Source of the DNA: Marsupella aquatica
Lineage: Eukaryota > Plantae > Marchantiophyta
Direction of reading: 5' to 3'
NCBI GenBank assembly: GCA_973895155.1
Contig: OZ316892.1
Coordinates: forward strand, 4,920,510 to 4,984,509
DNA length: 64,000 bases
Shown here: in pieces, positions 1 to 16,101 of the stretch
Numbering within the stretch: the stretch's first letter is position 1
Layout of the letters: each line of letters starts with the position of its first letter
The notes under the pieces: model-generated
The model's database searches: none
The model's input: the letters and a program-made list of their open reading frames with translations, nothing else
What the model was told of the DNA's origin: nothing
Program-made: the position numbers and the translations under genes

Positions 1-1387
1 TATTTGGAAGAGTGCGAGATAATTGGATTCAAGAAGATCCTCATGATTGGGTTAAGGCCAACAGGTGAGATCACATGATGATTTTCAGGGCCTTCTGCGT
101 TTCATATGCAAAGCTTATAATAAATAGGAGTTAGCTTGTGAAGGTGGATTTCCAAACTTCTGCGTTTCATATGCAAAGCTTATAATAAATAGGAGTTAGC
201 TTTTGAAGGTGGATTTCCAAATTTCACAGGTACATTTCTCTGACTTACTTGCCGTTGTAGGGTGATAAAGTTTCTAGCCTCTCGTGTGTCTAATCAGGTT
301 TCTGTTGCATGCCAAACATGACAGATTCTATCCAGGAACAGCTGATGCCATCAAGTTTGCGACCTCTACAGTGTATATAGTTACGACTAAGCAGGTATCG
401 CTTATGTGCTTTTGGCTCACTGTAGCTGCCCGATTCGTCAAGGGTGTGACAATGCTATGAAACTCATTGAACAGGAGTCTGTTGTCGTGCGGGTTCTTAG
501 CACTGATAGTATTTACTGAAATTTGTAAGGGGGTTATGTTTTTTCTTCTTCCAGGCTCGTTTTGCGTCGCTATTGCTCAAAGAGATAGCTGGGGTGGAAA
601 TCCCTGCCGATCACATTTACGGTTTGGGCTCTGGGTAAGCTTGGATATTCATATCTCCACTTTCACTCCTGTTCCAAACTGATTAAAGAATCTCAGTTCT
701 GAATGCCAGAGTTAATGCCATTGTGTTGGGTGTTTTTTTTCCCTTTGTCTTGAAAATTCGACTTTATGTAGTACAAAGGATTTCATGCTGGACTAAACTG
801 CCCAACCAACAGGCAATTTTCAAACACGTACTTACATATCAGTGGATCAGGCAGGCCTAAAGTAGAGGTGTTGAAGAAACTACAAGCGCTGCCCAATCAT
901 GAAGGGTTGACTTTGAAGTAAGCTACTTGTTTTTTTCTTTGTGAGTCGTATTACTTCGAATTTGACTGCAGTGCAAGGATGGAAATAGTAATTCTGGCCA
1001 TGCTCGACTTGCTTTGCAGCTTTGTTGAGGATCGACTTGCCACATTGCGAAATGTCATCAAGGATCCGGAGCTTGACAAGTGGCACCTGTATCTTGGTAT
1101 TCTTCGTGGCTCTTGCTCCAGCGATCTCATTGAGAGTCTCAATTCTTGGTTAATGTTGAGGCTGACTGTGGGCTTGAAGCTTCTCCCGAAGCACCTAAGC
1201 GATCTACATCTTTGATATCGGATACATGCTACTTTTTTCCTGAATGTCTCGTACCAAAAAGTCTAATAGTGTGTCTTCTACTGCAGGATCGTGGGGTTAC
1301 AATACTGCGGACGAAAGAGAAGCTGCTACTGCTGTTCCTCGTATAAATGTTATTGATCTACCCAAATTTTGCACTAAGCTGAAGTAG
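1..1387 (+). CDS. HAD-superfamily hydrolase-like protein (resembles Arabidopsis At2g45990 family), 3' part; 5' exons lie upstream of the window
   Basis: GT-AG exons 1-64, 325-394, 555-634, 855-917, 1020-1096 and 1287-1387 join in frame: FGRVRDNWIQEDPHDWVKANR-FYPGTADAIKFATSTVYIVTTKQ-ARFASLLLKEIAGVEIPADHIYGLGSG-PKVEVLKKLQALPNHEGLTL-FVEDRLATLRNVIKDPELDKWHLYL-GSWGYNTADEREAATAVPRINVIDLPKFCTKLK*. The IVTTK, FVEDR and WGYNT motifs are recognised from memory of this family. Confidence 0.88.
92..221. repeat. ~65-bp tandem duplication in an intron
   Basis: cttctgcgtttcatatgcaaagcttataataaataggagttagctt(g/t)tgaaggtggatttccaaa occurs twice head-to-tail. Confidence 0.9.
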
Positions 1388-2366
1388 TGGGGCTCTGGAT
1401 CATAGATTTCTGATGTCCAAATCTTCAACTGAATCTGTTGTGAGTGTTATCCCACTGGATTCTTCTTCAACTCGACATTTACAGAGGTTTTATCAAACCA
1501 ACCTTCAAGTTTGAGTGAATTTAATGAGGCCCGAGTTGCCTGCCTGACTGAGATTTTAGTAAAGGTTTCCCATCCCAGAAATATTCAAATTGGCCTAGCC
1601 ATCAGGCTCTCTTGATTGAAACGTAGGCCGTGGAGTGTGGCTTTTGACCCACGAGACTTTATTATTTTTCTGTGGAAAGAATGTAATAAATTAGCAGAAG
1701 CAAAATCCGCTTATGCTGCTTGCAACCGATACTGTCTTGTGCTTTGTGCTGTTCAATGTCATCGAATCCAGAAATAGGGAGAGAACCTTCTTGTACCACG
1801 CTCGGTTTCCCAGTTTCTTTTGATTGCAGCTGATATGTTTACGTACCAACAGAATAACAGATGGGATTCAATAATGCCGTCGAATCTAGAAACCGGTACA
1901 GTCCCTGGATGCCATTATTATTGACAGTGCCGACTACTGTACCTAAAAACGGCGCAAAGTAAGGGGAAGGACCGTCAGTGAAGCCGTTGCTTGCCGGGGG
2001 CCGAAGTCAGAACCCACCGCCGGTCTCTCAGATCGACGGATGCAGGGGCTTGTCTAACATCGCGGAGGAGCTGCAGCCTTCGATGGAGAACACTCGGGGA
2101 AGGACCTAGAACGACAAAGAAGGCGAGGTGGAGTCCTTCCCGTCCTTGTTTGGTCGCCGGCCTTGCGTGCGCAGGGACGCCTCCGTCCGTCCGTCATCCC
2201 CAATCCTGCGGTCACGGAGACGTTTCCGTGGCCCGCACTTTCCCCTTTGTTTTTACTGCATTGCTATTGGTTGAGTGACGCAAAGAGTCTTCCGTCATTC
2301 TTCGATCCTTTGTTTGGCTAAAAAGTCGACCTGTCTATCCTTCGGCTTTCCGGTCGTTGGAGGATA

Positions 2367-5046
2367 CACTGAAACGTGGATAAGTGCAAGGCCTCGGGAC
2401 GAAGGCCGTGGCAGGCCTCCATGCACGCCTCCTGTTTGCATTTCGTTTCGGCATAATATAAAGGTTGTGCTATGGTACTATGGTTTAAAAGGAAAAGCCA
2501 AATCTACAACTATAATAAGGGATCTTGTGTTTTTTTGTTCTTCATCCCAAGACAAGAAAGCTACTGGGTGGGAAACAGTAGTTGGGATTCTTTTGACTGT
2601 TTTCCCTGACCATGGTAAAGAAAATGCGCACCCCTGGTGCATATGTACTTCCCCACGCTGCCCCATAAATGCCCTTGGCCCGACTCCCTATGGGCCAGTC
2701 CTCCTTGCGCTGTGCAATGCATGGGCATAGGGCTCGTCCTATATAATAAGGGGATGGGCTGGGACACAAAACTGATCAAGATTCATCCATGTCATCAAAA
2801 CAAACTCATTTAACCAACTAAGTAGCACAGACAATATGCAGCTAATCATGTTGCATTTATCAACATTTCACTAGTCACAATGTCAAGAAATATTTGGGGA
2901 AAAAGCATCTGCCTTGGCATAACTTATATTTTGACTTATCTACCTTGCTATTATCCAACGTTCACTATAAAATATCAGAAAAAGCGGGGAACCAGTATCT
3001 GCCCTGCAGTAACCACAATTTGCACATCAAGTTATTTATCCATATTTCACTATAAAAATGTCCTTAATATTGGGAAAGAATATCACCCGTAACAAAAAGT
3101 CTAAACCTGGTCAGAAGATCCCAAAAGGCTGAGACTCTATGAAGGGGGAAATAACACATCTGCCTCAATCAAGGGAAGAAAACAAGGGAAGAAATACACT
3201 TCCACCGTGCTTTAACCACATTTCACTACAAACATGTCACAACTCACTCCCTTCCGTGGAGCGGAGGCTTGCAGGGGCTGTGGGTGTTTCGGGGGGCCAG
3301 TGAGGATGCGGCCTTGTTTTGGCCCAGGTGAGGCCCATAATGATAAGCATTGTCGCTGTGTTGTTGGCTCCTCGGGATCCTGTGAGTGGTTGGTGGTTGG
3401 TGGTTGGTGTGTGTGGGGGCTTGCCCTGCCTGAGGACGGGTTAGCACCCTGCTGCCTGCGCCTTGGGTGGCCCGGTTGGTGGGGTTGGTGCTGCGTCAGT
3501 TGGGGGTTTGCCCTGCCCGGAGGCTTGTCTGCTCCTGAGGCCTGGTGCCTTCCTGGCCTTAGGGATTTGGCTCCCTGCGACCGCTTGTTGTGTCGGTGTG
3601 CAGCTTGGCCGCCCGGGCTGGCTGACCATTGCCTGGGCCAGAGTTGGGTTTTTGCTCTAGAGAGTTTTGGTGCTCTCCACCCCACCTTAGACCAGTTCCT
3701 CAGGGCATGTGTAGTTTATTGTATTGAGCTGAGGCCTTTCCCGTGTGTCTGTCCTTACCGCCTTCTCTAGACAGAGGTTTTCCGTGGCTCTTCAGTGGGC
3801 TCAGGCTTTCACTATCCTTCGTAGGGCCAAGGCAGTTGGTTTTAGGGTCTCTAGACAGATTCCACTTCGTGACCCTCCTATGCGGTTTACTTTGGAACTC
3901 TACCAGGCTTTTTCAGTTCTCCGCTCAGAAGGGTTTTAGTCTTCCTTGCTCCATTGGGGGCTCTTGGTTTTTGTCGTGGTTCTTTGGGTGTGACGGGGGA
4001 TTCCTTGCCTTGTTTGGCCTCTTGGCTCTTCTTGGGGCCCTCCCCTCTTCTGTTTCTTTCCCTTTATTGGGTTGCTTTGCCTTTGGGACCTTGTCTCCCG
4101 GTTTGGCATTTGTGCATTTTGGCATTTTGATCTAGCAGTATAGGGGAAGAAGCATCTTTGCACTTATCCACAGTACACTGGAAAATGTTAGAACTGTCCA
4201 GGAAGAAGCTCTAACATTTCTAACATTTCACCTCTCCAAAAAGTTGTTGTCACTTTTGTCAAAACTTTTCCCACCTATGTAGTGAGAGGCTTCCCATCTA
4301 CTGTAACCCCTCATTAACCAGAATGTAACTGTCATACTTAAATATTAAATATAGGGAGATCTAAAGGCTAGAAAGTAATTCAGGAAAATCAGATACAGAA
4401 TATTTTACTAAGCTTTCTTCTCCTTCACACAGGCTAACATTGGCCACACTAGCAAAACAGGGAAATCCTAAAAGATTACACTGGGAAGAGGCACATGCCT
4501 GGCCAAACTGGGACAAAGGGAAAATCTTAATTACATTGGGAAGAGGCATCTCCCTGGAGTGGGTATTTTGCACATCCAGGTTTGCATTCGTTCTATAAAA
4601 ATGTCAGAAATATAGTGGAAAAAGGCATCAACCTTGCAGTAATGCATATTTGCACTTATCCATGGTTCAGGGTAGACATTGATGATGGTTCAGTGGTATT
4701 TGCACATCCACGTTCTAGTTTCAACTATAATAAGGTATCACATGTTTTTTAGTCCTTTGTCCCAATACAAGAAAGTTCGTGGGCTTGAAAGATACACTGG
4801 TTTGGCTGTTGTCCCTGATATTGATGGAGAAAATTGGCACCCTAGCACATATCTGTTTCTCCACGCTGCCCCATAAATGCCCGGCCCTATCTGTTTCTCC
4901 AAGCTGCCCCATAAATACCCGGCCCTCCTTGCACTATGCAACAGAGGGGCATAGGGCTCATTCGTCCTATAGAAATGTAGGAAATATTTGGGGAAAAGGC
5001 ATCGGCCTTGCAGTAACGCATATTTTGCACTTATCCACGGTTCATG
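2367..5046. mobile_element. Degenerate non-autonomous DNA transposon(s) with CACTG-type termini (EnSpm/CACTA-like)
   Basis: Left end ta|CACTGAAACGTGGATAAGTGCAA at 2367. Inverted copies TTGCACTTATCCATGGTTCAGGG|ta end at 4672 and TTGCACTTATCCACGGTTCATGG ends near 5047. Diverged internal direct repeat 2505-2745 vs 4720-4970. Confidence 0.65.
3630..3939 (+). mobile_element. 3' fragment of a non-LTR retrotransposon with restriction-like endonuclease (CRE-like), frameshifted
   Basis: Adjacent frames give FALESFGALHPTLDQFLR and RQRFSVALQWAQAFTILRRA, matching the RLE C-terminal pattern F.P.A.E.FG ... QR.SV.LQR.NA. A T-rich tail follows to about 4130. Confidence 0.6.
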
Positions 5047-5720
5047 GTCGACACTGATGAGAGACTCTGCAGTCTGTGTAGTCTGTACCAGTGATGACCG
5101 AAGAGCAACACCGACGAAGAAGACGAAGAAGCGGGGGGCCCTGGATAGTCGTGGCAGACACTAAAGAATGCTTTCCTTCTTCTGGAGGGCTTCGCTCGGA
5201 TTGAGGATTGAGTGAGCGCGTTGGTCGGCAGGCAGGAGCATCATCATTTTCATCGGTAGCGGCAGACATTGGGACAGCAGCAGCGGCAGCATCAAATCAG
5301 CAGCAGACGAAGGAGGAGAAGCGCTGAAGCAGGGAAAGAGAACGAGCTCCCTGGTTTCTCGCGGCGGGCCCTCCACCTCCTCCTCGCTCGCTCGCTCGCT
5401 CGCCCTTTCTACAGCTATAGACGGAGCAGTACTTAAGACGGCCTGCTTGCCGTTTACCACTTTACACCAAACACTTTTTCCTTTCTCTCGCTGGAGTCGA
5501 GAGGAGAGAGAGAAGAGTACTTGAGGAGACCCCACCTACCAAATCTGCGTTCATTCTCTTCGACGGAGGCTGAGAGCAGAGGACGGGGGGATCAAGTGGG
5601 CGAACAGGGAGGGCAGCCGGAGCTTAGAGAGTCATACGTTTCGGTTTAGGTTGTGGTGGATCTTGTTGTGGAAAGGAGGAGCAGGAGAAGAAATAGCACG
5701 GTGTTGTTAGATTGATCGAG

Positions 5721-9922
<4,202 letters not shown>

Positions 9923-12684
9923 ATTTTCACATTGATTAGCCGCATCATTATCCCCATCAATATGACTGGCATGAATTGTGTGGCCAATAATGGTAATGTA
10001 TAAATCCATGTCAATTCATGCTGGTTAGCAGACTCCAAACTGGGGAAACCCTTCTGTATTTTGATCAAAAGGGAAACTTAGGCAAAAAGAGAAACTTCGC
10101 GCTGTCTCTGTAACGGCTTTGTCACAAAAACGCACATGCATGAAATTCGGTGGTGTTTGTCTTTTGGCTCGGATCTATGTTGTATTGCCTACTGTTGCAG
10201 GAGTTCGAAAAGATCGTCCTGCAGAGGAGAGAAATATCCTAAACAGCCATCGGTTGATACTGTTGATGAGATCCGCTGAGTTCAATTCTCAGCTGACGGG
10301 CAATATACTCACTGTAGCGTCATAAAGCTTTTGATAACCCCGCCATCTTGCTGATGTAACAGGTGGTCAGCCACCCGCCAGCAAGCCCTTCAGTAGAAAC
10401 AATAGTCATCCGAGTGTGCCATCCAGTCAACAACCTGTAAGGAACTCATCTTCTGGCAGACGACCTTCAGGTCCCACACGACCATCAGCTCCCAGTCCTT
10501 CACAAGGTGGAAGGAGGCAGATGGATCGTTAAAGTCAGCAAGACAAAACTCTGGAATTGAAGTGTATCCACCGAAATTTGACCGATATAAGAAATTTATG
10601 GTATGAACGAATTACTTGGTTGAAACTGAAGGAGCTGCCCCTGCAAAGTAGTCACGTCAGATAAACTAGGTTGATGTGAGGTGGCATGCGAATTAGCAGA
10701 GTCCTACAGCTTTGGTCGAAGACCGAATCGGCAAAAAATGCTAAGGCTTGCTTGAAGAGTATTGCTGATGAGCTCTGGCCGAAATGTTGTAGCGGAACTT
10801 TGTTATACATAAAGTTCTGTTGTAAGCGCTCACACAGAAGTGCTGGTTCTCTCCGAAATGCATATGAAACGAACAATTTGAGGATCTAAACAACAGTAAT
10901 CTATTCGAATGCCCCAATTGGGTTAGTGATAGTCATCTTGAGTCTGACAACTTTAAACCTCGTCTAAGCAGCTTAATCTCACGACCCAATAGGTGTCAGT
11001 ACGTAAATATCTTGAGTTTGGAAGTAGTTACTAGTGGTACATATTGTACTTGACCAGTTCTACTAACAATGAAATTGACATGTAGCACGAAAAGAAATGT
11101 ATTTCTCAACTTGAATAACTTGTTCTCTAGAACTTCGTCTACAATTACTCTAGCGCCCTCTGTTGCATCTTCTGGCAGGTGGACTGTGTGCGGGTGAGTA
11201 AGATTGTGATATTGCTATTGCTGTTATGATACCTTCTGAACTGAAATGTAGCTACTACAATATTTCATGAATTGTGTCATGTCCACTGTAGTCTTCCTTT
11301 GACCTGCAGCTTGTTGGCAGTCCCTTCCAAGCAGAAAGGAAACAATCCACTAGGGTTGTAAGAGACCATTTTTGACCATTGGCTACAGAGACAAGCAGTC
11401 TACACTGTGCAGATATGGTGCTCATTTTTATGGCTTGCATCTCCCTGGCAGTGACATGACTTTGAATTTGATTTGGTTCAAAGTTGATCTATGTGGGTAA
11501 GTATGTGTCATTCAAAACTCTCCTTCATGCGTTGCAAATGCATTTCCTACCATAAGTTAGCAACAAATTTGGCTCTGGGTTCCAACAAAATTGTCCTTGA
11601 GAATGCTCATCAGAATACCAAAGGGCTGATTGTGACCAAGAGTTAGATTCTGAATGGCCATTGAATCTCCGTGGTGGTCTTGTCTACTTTGGTATGGTTT
11701 TCTGATTGTTTTCCAGACAGGTTGGTGGGTGCCTTCTGAAAAGAATTGCATCTTTCCAGGCAAGCAAAAATGTCCAGAGGGGTTGGTGGGTGGATTCTGA
11801 AAATACTTGCTTTCATCCTTCCAATGTCCAGACAGAAGCCAGCATACCAAAAATGCCCTTTGCTAGTGACAGTCTACCATATTTTTCCTCATTGGCCTAG
11901 GTAGCAAATGTTACGTTATGTGGAGGTCTAGACACTAAGAAAGTTCTTGATCTAATTTCCCTAGAGTTCTGACCTTCAGATCTCCCTAGTTTTTTATGGG
12001 TAACTATCAAATTCTGGGTCTGTGGCAACCCCATTAATGTAAGAGACAAGTTTGGTAAATCTTTGCCAAAAGTGGAGAATGCTTACCCCTGAGGTGGAAT
12101 TTGGCAATTGCTTTGTTGCTCTGGGTAAAGAGCCCATTTGGCAATAGCTTTTTTACTCTAGGTAAAGAGCATCCAATTTGCACAGGTGATGTTCTTTTGG
12201 AGTGAGATTGGGGGGTTGGTGGGGGGATGTTGAGGTTGCAAGGCAGGGATTAAAGAAATGGAGGACAAAAGGCATACCTAGAGGTCTGACCAACATAACT
12301 ATGACCCCGTGACACATTTATAGTATCATGTGTATATTGTAATTGTAAAGGTAAGGGTCTCCTTGTCTGCTGCAAACTGGAGAGTTACTTACAATTCTAT
12401 AAATAGACTCCAGGCCAAAATTGTTTTGAAATGAAGTTCAAGGAATGCAAATCACTCGGTCCAAGGAGCCAAAGTAGTGAAATGTTTGGACCATCAAAAG
12501 TTATAATAGAAGGTTGTGCCAAAAAAAGCAGCGGTCGCCGTTCAAATTTGATCTGCTGTTTTAAGTGAAAAAAATGAAAACCGGAAAGAATGGAAGGAAT
12601 AAGCCAAAAGTTAATTATGTTTGGTGTGGACTATTTACCAAGCAAGAAGAACAAGCAGGAACCAATCATAACCCTTCATCAATT

Positions 12685-12708
12685 TTATTATTATTATTAT
12701 TATTATTA
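12685..12708. repeat. (TTA)n microsatellite
   Basis: About 8 consecutive TTA units. Confidence 0.9.
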
Positions 12709-13139
12709 TATCATCAGATCTATCTGTACACTCCATCTAAAATCATTGTCTAAACCCAAGCTAGCTGAGCCTGCCGTCACCTGCCCTAGATAAAATTAAT
12801 TCATTAAAAATGAAAGAAATTAATCTACATTTAAATAATTTAAATTAAACATTACAAAATTGAAAAAATAATTTAAAATTCTGTAGAACTATTGAATAGA
12901 AATAAAAAATAGAAATTGTTTATTTCTCTAAAAATTTAAAACTTAAAAAAACATATTTGTCCCTATCACTTGGTTGTGTTGGACTCTATCATGATGCGGT
13001 ATCCGGTATCTTGCATCCCCAATTGCTATGTACAACAAACGGATTATTGAACACGACCACAAGTCAGAGCTACATGGTTAGGATCACACATAACATGCAT
13101 CAAACAACTGCATTGCAAAGGTTTATATGTTTTTGGCTT

Positions 13140-14890
13140 GCCTTGATATCTTTTTTTTCTAATATTTACATATTTATCTCTCCTTAACATCTTTACCTTG
13201 CCGTGACATCATTTTCTCACATTGACATGTTTATCTCACCACTACATTTTTTCTCCTTGACATCTTTAATTTTCTCTCCTTGAGATTTTTACGGACCCCC
13301 ATGGGAAGTTCCTTTCAAAATCCCTGGCACCACGTTGAGCCACATCAGCAAGAATAGTCACAAACAAGAAAATCTAGATGTGAAAGAAGAACAAAACCTG
13401 ATGGTTTGTGTTTGTGACAAGGCAATAAAAAACTGTCAATCCCCGTAACTGTAAAAATGATAAAAAAACTGAAGAGTAAAGTTGAAACAAACAAAGAATG
13501 AGGTAAAGAGTAGTTAACATTTGGAAGTTCTAGAATTGATGTATCAGTGTTTTGCATTAAATGTTATATTTTTTTTAATTTCCAAAGATTTTTAAATTGA
13601 CACGGCTAGAGGAAGTAGATACAAACTGTTGGGCTTCCAAGGGTTTGTAATAAATATTTGGTGAAGTAAAAACAAACTGTTGGGTTTCAAAAGTTTTGTA
13701 ATAAATATTTGATAAAGTAAAAAGAAACTGTTGGGTTTCCAAGTGGTAACCGCAGTTGTAGATGGTATGTTTTAGATGACTTGAGATGACAAAGCGAATG
13801 GCTTGATGACTTGAGATAACATGACAAAGCTAATGGCTACCCTTATACTGTTTTGCAACTGGTTCAGTGTTTTCCTGCTTTTGCGAGCTTTGCGAGCTAG
13901 TGTACACAGTAGGCTAAACAGAAGAACTTCCTTGAGAGAGAAGCGTTTTTGCAAGCTACACCGGGAGATTCTGTTTAGGTGCTTTCTTGAGATTGTCTCT
14001 CTGTTGTAGTCTAAAGGAGAGAAAAGTATCCTGGATTAGAGAGCTTTTGATTAAGCTGAGCCAAAGATTACAGAGCAGAAGAAAACACCTGGAGTCTTTT
14101 GTTGTGGAGCAGTCTTTTGCTGTGGAGCACCTTGAGCTTTGCTGACATTATCAGCTTTTGCAATCCATTGTTGGATACAGAGGTATGCTTGAATTGTTTT
14201 CAATCGCCCTTCTTCTAGCCATGCTACCCGAAATGCCAGTGTTCTTCCTCTCGCTCCTCCGCTCATTCCTCCTCAGTCTATCCACATCCACCTCCGCTGA
14301 CAAGGATTGACGCACTCCTGCCTCCGGATGTTTGTCGCTTTTCAATGAACTATTTGACTCTTTGTTGCCCAAACTGTCGTTGGCTTGCGCTCCTATGGGA
14401 GTGGAAGTGAAAGTAGAAGTGGATGACTGGTTTTTGACACGACTGAGAGAAATATCGAGATGGAGAAACTCGTGGATTCTATACTTCCTGATGAAGTGTC
14501 CAATCCCAAGAATTCCCGTAGCTAGAATAATTCATGAGAATTCCTTTGAAGCACCGGCCGAGTGAGTGTAGAGAGCAATTCCTTGAAAATCATTTCACTG
14601 TCATTGATCCAATTTGTTGAATGTATTCAAGTTTATCTGTCTCAGGGGGTCCTCGAACTAATTTTCACCTGGCTTGACACCTCTTCCTCACCTCAACATC
14701 TTTATCTCACTATGACATCTTTATCTCACCCTCAAAATCTTTTCTCTCTTCCACAACTTTTGCTCACTTTGCCATGTTTTCTCTCCTTGACATCTTTCCT
14801 CACCTAGACTTCTTTTCCTCACCTCGACATCTTTTTTTCTCATGGACATTTTTCATATGAACATCTTTTGTTCACCTCAACATCTTTTGT
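13140..14890. repeat. Degenerate ~20-bp pyrimidine-rich repeat array (CTCACCTTGACATCTTTT-like), split by a ~1.36-kb insert at 13293-14652
   Basis: Units are visible at 13140-13290 and 14660-14890. The insert has short inverted ends GGACCCCC..TG.GA / TCTCAGGGGGTCC with no clear TSD. It contains three ~51-bp tandem units (13620-13740) and an inverted homolog of 37320-37470. Confidence 0.55.
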
Positions 14891-16101
14891 GCATCGCATA
14901 TGCATTGGGCAAGTCTCTCCATATAGTCCAAAATAAGCACTCTATATTGACATTTATTTGGGCCCAATGCTTGCCATGTAGGATGGGTAGTGACCATATC
15001 TGAATGGGCCCCTAAGTCTTGTACAGCCACAATCTTTATACTCATCATCTGCCGAGAGATAAAGCCAGCTGCAATTGTTTTTGCTCATTATCCTATCTAG
15101 CTTTCAAACCAACTGCAATAGTTTCTATTCATTACATTGTACCCTCCATACTTAACCTCACAAGGAAATTAAAGACTTAATCTAAGTGTGAATAAAAAAA
15201 TTGCTCATAGAGGTAATAAAAAGAAACATGGGCCCTGACTTCTTGTAAAGCCACCCTAAAACACAAGACACAAATGCTTATACCCTGGTGCGCCCCCCCC
15301 CCCTCCCCCCCTTTTGTGGCTTCGGGTCCACCTGGGTGCCGACCCCCTTTGTGGGACACCCCAGTTGTATGTTGGCTTTTTGAATGAAATTCATTTGTGT
15401 TTTTTGAGGCAAAGAAAAAAAACAAAAAACAAGACACAAATGTCTCATTTTAAAAAGTAAACCAGAGAGAGATTGGTGGAGATGGATTTGAAAGCATCAA
15501 CAGAAAAAGGTATGGCAAACTTTTCATACATATACAAACAGGTGCAAGTCGTCTGGTGCACTTCTGCCCCTTCGTATTGCACCATATTCTTCGTACATAT
15601 CACATAACATGTTGCAATACTGTCGACATTCCTCCTCAAGATTCCTTCTCCTCCTCTTTCCTCTGGTCCTGGCCGACGAAAAACCGACACTCTAGAGTTC
15701 ACTTGTGTCTAATTTCCCCGAGCAGTGTTCTCGACGTCTTTCTGTGAAGGGGGCATGAATGGAGAGCTTCTAGGAGAACGGAGTACCTGTTTTCATAAAT
15801 GCGATTGAGTGAGTTCGTGAAATCGGAGGCTGATTTTTCGAGGAACGTGTGGAGCTCTGTTTCTTGTAAGATCTATCACTCGATGAAGGGAGGACGTGTT
15901 TTGTGATTTGTGAGTGGGATTGAGTGAATTCTGAACTGGGAGGCTGATTTTCGGAGGAATCTGTGGAGCTCCTTTCCTTTTGAGGTCCATTCTTCTATCT
16001 GGAGAGGAGGCTGGGGAGGCGCAGAGAATTCAGTTGGTCTGTCTACTGAGTGTTGACGAAGACGAAGACGAAGACATCCTTCCTCAAACGTAATTGCGTT
16101 G

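Noticed and set aside
13772-14807. Short ORFs within the 13.3-14.65 kb insert
   Set aside because: No recognisable domains and frequent stops; likely decayed repeat sequence.
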